Source of the DNA: an uncultured virus (IMG/VR IMGVR_UViG_3300031951_021468)
Lineage: Duplodnaviria > Heunggongvirae > Uroviricota > Caudoviricetes
Length of the DNA: 31,957 nucleotides
Virus record (IMG/VR): IMGVR_UViG_3300031951_021468
Strand: one strand, 5' to 3'
The translations under genes and the position numbers were made by a program. The notes under the pieces are model-generated. The model searched no databases and was not told the origin of the DNA. It saw only the letters and a list, made by a program, of their open reading frames with translations. Numbering within the stretch: the stretch's first letter is position 1; every line of letters starts with the position of its first letter. Positions 7,887 through 14,933 of the stretch are shown one piece after another.

Positions 7887-10127
7887 CTATGATGCCCTAG
7901 AAGTATCGTCAACTAAATTTTTCAACAGATCAGATAAAGTTGTATTGCGAGATATTTCCCTGTCATTTGCCACTGCTATCTCTAGCGCTTTCTTAGTGCC
8001 CGCAATAATACAAAGCTTTTTGGCACGAGTCACTCCAGTGTAAATCAAGTTGCGTTGGAGCATATTATATTGGGAAGGATGTTGAACCAAAATTACGCAA
8101 GGATATTCTGCACCCTGAGACTTATGAACAGTGCACGCTAAACAATGCATAATTTCATCCCAGTCTTCGCGAGAATACTCAACTGGCGATTCCATATCGG
8201 GGTATTTAACCCAAATTGTCGTGCCATCTTTTTCGTCATTTATAATAGACGAAATATAACCTATGTCTCCGTTGAAAACCCCCGCATCGCCCTTTTTATA
8301 ATTATTCTTAATTTGCATAACGCGATCACCAACCCTAAAAATACGATTTCTATCCTGGATTTCTGGCTTTTTATCAGATGGCGGATTAAGTGCCGCTTGC
8401 AGAGGTGGATTTAAATCTTCAACCCCCAGTCCCCGACCACGCATGGGGGTTAGAATTTGAATGTCTTCATTTTTGAAACCTGCCTTTGGCAATGATTGAG
8501 TAACCAACTTAATGATCATATCGGTCAGTGTTGCCTGATCTTCAGAGACAACTAAAACGCAATTTCTTCCTTTAGATTCAATAGGTGTTGGCAAATCAGG
8601 CACTACGCCATGCAAAATGTCGTGTGCTACGGGAATAATAGTATTCCCCTTGCTTTGTCTGAATATTTGATCTAACTTAACACAAGGGACTTTGCCTGAT
8701 GAAATAAGGTCTCTTAATACATTTCCTGGTCCAACGGATGGTAATTGGTCTTTATCACCCACAATAATTAGTCTCATGTGTCTTTCCATTGCAAATAAAA
8801 TCGATCTAAACAATCTAATGTCCATCATTGACGATTCATCAATGACAACAACATCGGCCCAAAGTGGATTTCCCTGATGATAAGTAAACTTTTGGGAAGT
8901 TGAATCCCCTTTTAGCAATCGATGTATAGTTGAGGCCTCTGATCCTGTGGCCTCGGAAAGCCTTTTTGCAGCGCGGCCCGTAGGTGCGCAAAGCAAAAAA
9001 TCCATGTTGTGCCTTTCGAAAAGCGCACAAAGGGCTTTCGTGACCGTGGTTTTACCAACACCTGGGCCACCAGTTATAATCGCAACCCTTGAATTAAGGG
9101 CCGTGAACAAGGCTTCCTCTTGCTTTTCAGCAAGAACAATATCTTTTGTGACATCAATTTGTTTTAAATCCTTTCTAAGTGCTGCAAGGTCTTTGTATAT
9201 GGCATCACCCTTGTAGCACAACATATCTGTGATCATACTAGCAACATTTTTCTCAGCCTCGCGGATACCTGAAAGAAATATTTTGTGGTTTTCGTTCACA
9301 ATTTGAGATGACGAAGCCAACCTTCGGACAGACTCCATAACATGTGTTGCGTTCACGTTGCCTTTTAGAAGCCCCACTGATTGTTCAGAAACATCAGGAA
9401 GAGGCAAATAACAATGTCCACTGGACAACGCTTGATCGAGTACGTACAAAACAGCGGCGTCAACGCGCTGTGGACTATCTAATTTAACACCCGACTTAAG
9501 GGCAATTTCATCCGCTTTAAGAAATCCAATTCCCGAAACTTGTGTTAATGTGTAGATATTTTCTCGAATCATATCTAAAGCAGATTCGCCAAGCGATTTG
9601 TAGACTTTCTTGGCCATCATGGGAGTCATGCCATACTTAACTAATTCGGCTATAATTCTGTTAAATTCTCGATTTTCTGTCCAACATTGAATAATAGAGT
9701 CAACTTTTGAATCTGATAGGCCTGGGACATCATAGAGTCTTTCTGGATCATTGTCTAAAATATCGAATGTTTCCATCCCAAAAACTTGCACAATAGACCT
9801 GGCCGTGGAAACCCCTATTCCAGAAAATGTGTTGCTAGATAAATATTTAATGAGCGAATCTATATTAGCAAATCCATTTTCCTCAATATCCCGAACTTTA
9901 AACTGCTCTCCATATTTTTGGTGTACAGTTTTTTCAGCGAGGGCTTTGATTGTCATACCCTCGGAAATTCCTGGCATATCTCCCACTAATTTGACAGATG
10001 TATTACCTTTCTTAACGGTCACAATGGCGTATCCACTGTCAAAGCGATTAACTCGCGTTACTTCTCCGATGATTTCCACTAAATTGTCTTGATCTGCAGT
10101 CATTTTTAAACCCAAAATGTCTACCAT
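7887..10127 (-). CDS. recD2: RecD2 (SF1B) ATP-dependent DNA helicase
   Basis: N-terminal OB and HhH region (LTQVSGIGFLKADEIA), ITGGPGVGKTT, APTGRAAKRL, TIHRLL, IDESSM, VGDKDQLPSVGPG, FNGDIG, TVHKSQGAEY, YTGVTRAK. Confidence 0.95.
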   Translation of the reverse strand: MVDILGLKMTADQDNLVEIIGEVTRVNRFDSGYAIVTVKKGNTSVKLVGDMPGISEGMTIKALAEKTVHQKYGEQFKVRDIEENGFANIDSLIKYLSSNTFSGIGVSTARSIVQVFGMETFDILDNDPERLYDVPGLSDSKVDSIIQCWTENREFNRIIAELVKYGMTPMMAKKVYKSLGESALDMIRENIYTLTQVSGIGFLKADEIALKSGVKLDSPQRVDAAVLYVLDQALSSGHCYLPLPDVSEQSVGLLKGNVNATHVMESVRRLASSSQIVNENHKIFLSGIREAEKNVASMITDMLCYKGDAIYKDLAALRKDLKQIDVTKDIVLAEKQEEALFTALNSRVAIITGGPGVGKTTVTKALCALFERHNMDFLLCAPTGRAAKRLSEATGSEASTIHRLLKGDSTSQKFTYHQGNPLWADVVVIDESSMMDIRLFRSILFAMERHMRLIIVGDKDQLPSVGPGNVLRDLISSGKVPCVKLDQIFRQSKGNTIIPVAHDILHGVVPDLPTPIESKGRNCVLVVSEDQATLTDMIIKLVTQSLPKAGFKNEDIQILTPMRGRGLGVEDLNPPLQAALNPPSDKKPEIQDRNRIFRVGDRVMQIKNNYKKGDAGVFNGDIGYISSIINDEKDGTTIWVKYPDMESPVEYSREDWDEIMHCLACTVHKSQGAEYPCVILVQHPSQYNMLQRNLIYTGVTRAKKLCIIAGTKKALEIAVANDREISRNTTLSDLLKNLVDDTSRAS

Positions 10128-10190
10128 AGCGATGGTGATGTACTTTTATTCGTGGATTTTCTGGATATATGTCGAGTGTTTTTGTTTTTA

Positions 10191-10218
10191 AAGGAAAATT
10201 AAGTTCAATGACCGAAAT
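10191..10218 (+). promoter_or_regulatory. Sigma-H-like promoter AAGGA-N18-GAAAT
   Basis: Exact motif at the start of the rightward gene run. Confidence 0.6.
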
Positions 10219-10256
10219 AAACATGGTTCTAAAAAACAAAACAGGAGAACTAAAAA

Positions 10257-10481
10257 ATGGGAATAGGAGACAATGTGCTGAATAATCGTGGCGAAGGAGA
10301 ATGGGAAATAACAACTTACAATCCTGAAAAATCCATTGGGATTTTTAAGGGATGGCTTTTAGTTGGCAAAGATTTTCATGTGATCTTTGAAGATGAATCA
10401 CATACAATCTGTGTTATGAACGTGGCAAGTCAAAACGTGGCTTATGCCATTAATGTGGCAGCTCTTGAAAAGCAAAAATAA
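10257..10481 (+). CDS. Small hypothetical beta-rich protein
   Basis: 74 aa ORF with AGGAG SD; alternative GTG start at 10275 also has an AGGAG. Confidence 0.65.
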   Translation: MGIGDNVLNNRGEGEWEITTYNPEKSIGIFKGWLLVGKDFHVIFEDESHTICVMNVASQNVAYAINVAALEKQK

Positions 10482-10485
10482 TTCT

Positions 10486-10764
10486 ATGTGGTATCGCACG
10501 CAATTTGCATCTGAAAAAAGTCAAGCCTCGGATCACGGATACGAGGCTAAAATTGCGTATTCGGTCACCGAAAATGTTGTGAGAAAATTTTTCAGAACAA
10601 AAGGGCATTACAACCCCAGTATTCACGAAGTTAATCAAAAAGTGAACTTGATTATACGTAAAATCAAAGAAAAATATCGTAACATTAACAACATGAGACT
10701 TCACTCAAAAGATGGAAGAATAACTTCTGTTATTGAAGATATTGCAAGTGACATCCTAAAATAA
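10486..10764 (+). CDS. Hypothetical protein with MWYR leader
   Basis: Likely start ATG 10486 just after the previous stop, giving MWYRTQFAS...; same leader as 11993-12313. Confidence 0.6.
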   Translation: MWYRTQFASEKSQASDHGYEAKIAYSVTENVVRKFFRTKGHYNPSIHEVNQKVNLIIRKIKEKYRNINNMRLHSKDGRITSVIEDIASDILK

Positions 10765-10773
10765 GGAGGCTCT

Positions 10774-11427
10774 ATGGCGAAAAGCGTTGAGCAAGTGCTG
10801 CGAGAAATTGCATCCTCAAAATCAATAGAATTTGTGCACGAGTTGTTATTATCTCTTCATGCTTGTCTTGGTAACAAAGAATCAATACCGCGGGCGTGGA
10901 TACCTACATTAGAACATCCATCAGAAAGTTTAATTGATCATTTACTATTGATTTCAATTGATGAAGTTGACAATTCCACTCACTCTTGTCTTCAAAAGGC
11001 GGGATTGTCTATTAATCAAATAAAATCTCTGTCTTATCGAGACTCCGAAAACCTGATTAAACTTTGCGAAGATTTTTTAGAGTCTCTATTCGGCCCTGGC
11101 CACGTAGGTTATGAAATGGCAAGAATGACTCCGTTTTCCGAGGATGTATCTTATTACTTACTGGGTGTGTTCCCAAATATTTTTAATGAAAATTTGCAAA
11201 AAACAATAATCATAAGAAATAAGAAAATACAAAACATATCAGAAAGTTTTTCATTTTTAATGCCAGGATCAAAAAGTCAATATCAAGCAACTTTATGGTC
11301 ACAAGCCCTTAAGGCTAAAATAAATACCCAGTGGCAAAAGACTTGGTTAAGCTCGGAAATATATGATTGTGCGTCGAGAGAGGAATTTATTGTGAGAACT
11401 TTAAACATTGCGGAGTCTTATGAATGA
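10774..11427 (+). CDS. Hypothetical protein
   Basis: 217 aa ORF with strong AAGGAGG SD. Confidence 0.75.
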   Translation: MAKSVEQVLREIASSKSIEFVHELLLSLHACLGNKESIPRAWIPTLEHPSESLIDHLLLISIDEVDNSTHSCLQKAGLSINQIKSLSYRDSENLIKLCEDFLESLFGPGHVGYEMARMTPFSEDVSYYLLGVFPNIFNENLQKTIIIRNKKIQNISESFSFLMPGSKSQYQATLWSQALKAKINTQWQKTWLSSEIYDCASREEFIVRTLNIAESYE

Positions 11428-11996
11428 CCAAGGCCTATTTATCCTTTGTAACAAACGTAAAAGATAGTGGATTAGGTAAGTCAATTGAGATTTTAGATTT
11501 AGACTTTAAAGAAATTGTTTTAACGGGTATTAAGTTTGTTCAAATCGGTCAAATTGTTTTATTTGTGTGTTCTGAAAATGATATTCCAATGGGATTATAT
11601 GTAATAAATGATAAAATTCCACATCAGATATGGGGTAAAAAAGATGCCTTATTTGAAAGTTGCATTATCGAGGACCTTACCCGTTCACGGCTGGAAAATT
11701 TAAGGGCATCGGAATATATTATTAAGCAAGGGTATAAATTATTAAGCATTGATCAAATGATTAATAATAAACACGAACTTATTTCTTGGGAGTCTTTTTG
11801 TATGGAAATGAATATAACATGTTCATTTGACTGGCCAGAATGCAAAGAAAAATGTATCATGGCCTTAAACAAAACTTTGCTTTCTGATCTTATAAAAAAC
11901 CTAATTATCGAATCAATAAATGCATCTCCGAGGCCAAACAAAGTTTTATTAAATCAACCTATTGAAGTTGATATCACTGGTTATGAAATACTTTAA
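11424..11996 (+). CDS. Hypothetical protein
   Basis: 190 aa ORF, ATGA overlap with the upstream gene (translational coupling). Confidence 0.7.
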   Translation: MTKAYLSFVTNVKDSGLGKSIEILDLDFKEIVLTGIKFVQIGQIVLFVCSENDIPMGLYVINDKIPHQIWGKKDALFESCIIEDLTRSRLENLRASEYIIKQGYKLLSIDQMINNKHELISWESFCMEMNITCSFDWPECKEKCIMALNKTLLSDLIKNLIIESINASPRPNKVLLNQPIEVDITGYEIL

Positions 11997-12313
11997 ATTC
12001 CAAAGATTGATGCCTGATAAGCATTAAAAGCTTCGCCAATTTGTCTACACTGCTGGCAGGCATTTTCTGAGAATTCCCAAATTTTTCTTCCTCCAGGCAT
12101 GGTTTTTATTTTGCAGTGGCACCTATCGTGCAATGGTGGTTCGGGGAATATGTCTTGGGGCAATTCGGGAGGCATAGCTGCACCAGCGGGAATGTCTTGG
12201 GGAAATTCTTGCTGGCCAATCGGAGCAATGCCTGGGTTATTGACTGGCGCAGGCGTGACAATTGGCAAAGACGACGTTTGTGCTAGTCTTGTTTTAAAAT
12301 CCCGATACCACAC
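11993..12313 (-). CDS. Small protein with MWYR leader, Pro-rich linker and MuF-like His/Cys metal motif
   Basis: GTG start; MWYRDFKTRLAQ; PPLHDRCHC followed by W and CQQC. Confidence 0.65.
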   Translation of the reverse strand: MWYRDFKTRLAQTSSLPIVTPAPVNNPGIAPIGQQEFPQDIPAGAAMPPELPQDIFPEPPLHDRCHCKIKTMPGGRKIWEFSENACQQCRQIGEAFNAYQASIFGI

Positions 12314-12322
12314 AATTAATTA

Positions 12323-12349
12323 ATTCCCAAATATTTGTATAATAGCCTT
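12323..12349 (-). promoter_or_regulatory. Sigma-H-like promoter AAGG-N19-GAAT
   Basis: Exact motif ending 9 nt before GTG 12313; no SD visible. Confidence 0.6.
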
Positions 12350-12376
12350 GAATATTCATTCGCCAGGAGTTTAAAA

Positions 12377-13354
12377 TTGTCACATCAAGCTTTTGATCCA
12401 GATAAAATCATAGACTATTCCAAGGATTATTATGCCATACTTGGGCTACAAAAAGGATGCTTGCCACAAGGAAATAGCCGCCAAGACAAAATTAAAACCT
12501 CAGAAATATTAGAAAAAGCTTTTCGAGTTCAGGCAAGAACTGCACATCCAGATTTTGGAGGAAGCAAAGAGCAATTCTTAGATATTATTCGAGCCAGGCG
12601 CGTCCTTGAGGACCCTATTTTAAGAAGAATTTGGGAGTCCAATGGAGAAGACAAGCCCCGATATGTCGGAGACGAAAACAATCAATTTGAAGTTGACTGG
12701 TCAAAAATCGGAACATATAGGAAAGGAACGCCTGAAGATACCGTGGGTTACGCGCTGTTTTTAAGTATTGCTGAGCAAAAACAAAAATTTAATATTGTTC
12801 CTGCATTTTACCCAACAACACCAGAAGATAATTATCAATGGGACTTTGCCATACCAGATAAAGGCGCTAAATTAGCATTAGCAATAGTAAATGACGAAAA
12901 TGAAGTTCTCAGGCTCACAAGCGGGGAACAAACTGAAGAATTTTTACCTTTTAAAATCTACATTTGCATACCAAGGGGTTCGTTATATTTGGTAAGAGAT
13001 CAAGACTCAAGATTTGAAGGTCCACAAGGCCAAACTATTATGAATGGCAAACTATTGGGGGCAGCCTATTCTGATTTTAATCTTTTGGAAACGACCTCTC
13101 TAAAAGAAGCTCATGATTATATATCTGATCGAAATAGATTGGAAAAAGATTTGGAATTATTTAGAGATGGCACTATGGCAAGAAATCAAGCGCAGCGAGA
13201 CATTGCTAATAAACAACAAAAATGGGTTTCAGGCGGTGAAATGCAAACAATGGATCAAAAACAATTAGAATATATTTTAAAAATGAAAAGCTTTAATGTA
13301 GTTCCAGACGATAAAGCTGCTGATTTCTTGCAAAACATACCTGATGAAAAATAA
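12377..13354 (+). CDS. J-domain (DnaJ-type) protein with unknown C-terminal domain
   Basis: DYYAILGL...AFRVQARTAHPDFGGSKEQFLDIIRARRVLEDPILR with intact HPD. Start moved to TTG 12377 after AGGAG (track start 12335). Confidence 0.85.
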   Translation: MSHQAFDPDKIIDYSKDYYAILGLQKGCLPQGNSRQDKIKTSEILEKAFRVQARTAHPDFGGSKEQFLDIIRARRVLEDPILRRIWESNGEDKPRYVGDENNQFEVDWSKIGTYRKGTPEDTVGYALFLSIAEQKQKFNIVPAFYPTTPEDNYQWDFAIPDKGAKLALAIVNDENEVLRLTSGEQTEEFLPFKIYICIPRGSLYLVRDQDSRFEGPQGQTIMNGKLLGAAYSDFNLLETTSLKEAHDYISDRNRLEKDLELFRDGTMARNQAQRDIANKQQKWVSGGEMQTMDQKQLEYILKMKSFNVVPDDKAADFLQNIPDEK

Positions 13355-13504
13355 TTAACCACCCAAATGATCCTTAAATATAAAGAAATTGAGTTAAAAA
13401 TTAAGCGTCTTGGTAAAGGGCATGAGTCCTTAATTGTTGAAGATTAAGGTGTCGAAGACAGGCAGTGACAGTGGTTGCAACATCGACAAAAAAGGAGAGT
13501 AATC

Positions 13505-14875
13505 TTGGCTAAGCACATCTACATCGTTGACACGTGCGTTCTACTCCACGATCCCCAAGCGATCTACAAATTCAATGAGAATGACATCTACATTCCACTT
13601 GCTGTTATTGATGATTTAGACGACATCAAAACGCGAAAAGAAAGTGTAGGATGGAGCGCAAGAGAAGTGTTCCGACAGCTTGAAAAATATTCGTTACCAG
13701 ATTTAATGAAAGGGGTCAAAGTTAATGACAAGGGGGGAAGATTATTTATTTATAACCCCGAAGCACCTTTACAAAAAAATGAAAGACCAAACATTGTCAA
13801 AGTGCATTCCGACAATGCAATAATTGAAGCTTGTCTATCTCTTAAAACAGCAAACCCAAAGAAAAAAGTTTCAATTGTAACCAAAGATACAGGCCTAAGA
13901 ATCAGAGCAATGAGCTGGGGCTGTGAGGCTGAAAACTATCGCTCAGACTTGCTTGAAGATGCAAGTTACACTGGGATGCGAAAAGTTGTTTTATCAGAAA
14001 GTAAAGATTGGGATATGCTGTGGAGCGCAGAAAATATTGAAATCAAAAAACTTTCTGCAGAGCTTAAAGAAACAATTAAGGACATATCACCAAATGAATT
14101 CGTAATTTTTCAGTTTGGCGACCAAGCCTGCCCAACATATCACAAAAAAGGAGTGCTACAGGTATTAAAGGACAAATCTAATGGAATAGATCGCAAAAAA
14201 CCCACGTTTATGGACATTTCTCCAAAAAACCTTGAGCAAAGATGTGCCATGACCGCATTAGCTGACACAAATGTTCCATTAGTAACATTGTGTGGTCCAG
14301 CTGGGACTGGAAAAACAATGCTTACCTTGGCTGTGGCTTTGCAGCAAGTTGATGATGGTATTTATGACAAAATCATTGTTATCAAGCCGCTTATTGCTGT
14401 TGGAGGAAAAGATATTGGGTTCTTGCCAGGTGATAAGTTTGAAAAAATTAGCGCATGGCTTGGGCCTATGCGAGACAATATTGAACAATTGCTTGGTTCG
14501 AGCACTCAATCTGGCGCGAGTCCATTCGAGGAAATGGTTCACGATGGCACAATAGAAGTAGAAGCTATGGCTTTTATTCAGGGCAGATCAATACCCAAGG
14601 CTGTTGTTATTGTTGACGAATCACAAAACTTAACACCACGTGAAGCTCGCATGGTAGTTGAAAGATGTGGCAAGGGAAGCAAAGTAGTTCTTCTTGGTGA
14701 TTTAAGCCAAGTTGAAAACACTTACTTGGATGCACGTTCTAATGGCTTGGCTCATGCTATGCAAGGTGGCAAAAATAGCGAGCTTGTTGCAGGAGTAGCA
14801 CTCACAAAGGTCGAACGATCAAGTTTAGCTGCTGTGGCTAGCGAAATATTCAAGCGACCTGAATCTCAGCGATAA
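13505..14875 (+). CDS. phoH: PIN-PhoH (PhoH2/YlaK-type) ATPase/RNase
   Basis: PIN motifs YIVDTCVLLHDP, DNAII, VTKDTGLRIRA; PhoH motifs GPAGTGKT, DIGFLPGD, IQGRS, IVDESQN, LGDLSQ, NGL. Start TTG 13505 after AAGGAG. Confidence 0.93.
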   Translation: MAKHIYIVDTCVLLHDPQAIYKFNENDIYIPLAVIDDLDDIKTRKESVGWSAREVFRQLEKYSLPDLMKGVKVNDKGGRLFIYNPEAPLQKNERPNIVKVHSDNAIIEACLSLKTANPKKKVSIVTKDTGLRIRAMSWGCEAENYRSDLLEDASYTGMRKVVLSESKDWDMLWSAENIEIKKLSAELKETIKDISPNEFVIFQFGDQACPTYHKKGVLQVLKDKSNGIDRKKPTFMDISPKNLEQRCAMTALADTNVPLVTLCGPAGTGKTMLTLAVALQQVDDGIYDKIIVIKPLIAVGGKDIGFLPGDKFEKISAWLGPMRDNIEQLLGSSTQSGASPFEEMVHDGTIEVEAMAFIQGRSIPKAVVIVDESQNLTPREARMVVERCGKGSKVVLLGDLSQVENTYLDARSNGLAHAMQGGKNSELVAGVALTKVERSSLAAVASEIFKRPESQR

Positions 14876-14886
14876 TCTTGTATAAA

Positions 14887-14919
14887 ATGCGCCGTAGATA
14901 ATATAAATCTACGGCGCAT
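14887..14919 (+). terminator. Hairpin after phoH (probable terminator or processing site)
   Basis: 13-bp perfect stem ATGCGCCGTAGAT / ATCTACGGCGCAT, 7-nt loop; weak T tract on the plus strand. Confidence 0.6.
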
Positions 14920-14933
14920 AGGTTTAAATAATA

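Noticed and set aside
7798..8043. Plus-strand 81-aa ORF
   Set aside because: Spans the terminator and is antisense to the recD2 3' end; no recognisable features.
10048..10314. Minus-strand 88-aa ORF across the divergence point
   Set aside because: Overlaps both flanking gene starts and the promoter region; composition reflects AT-rich intergenic DNA.
13419..13460. Hammerhead ribozyme or c-di-GMP-I riboswitch look-alike (ATGAGTCC...GG...CGAA)
   Set aside because: Lacks the CUGANGA and GAAA cores of hammerheads and the GGCAAA/GAAA/GACGCAAA elements of the riboswitch.
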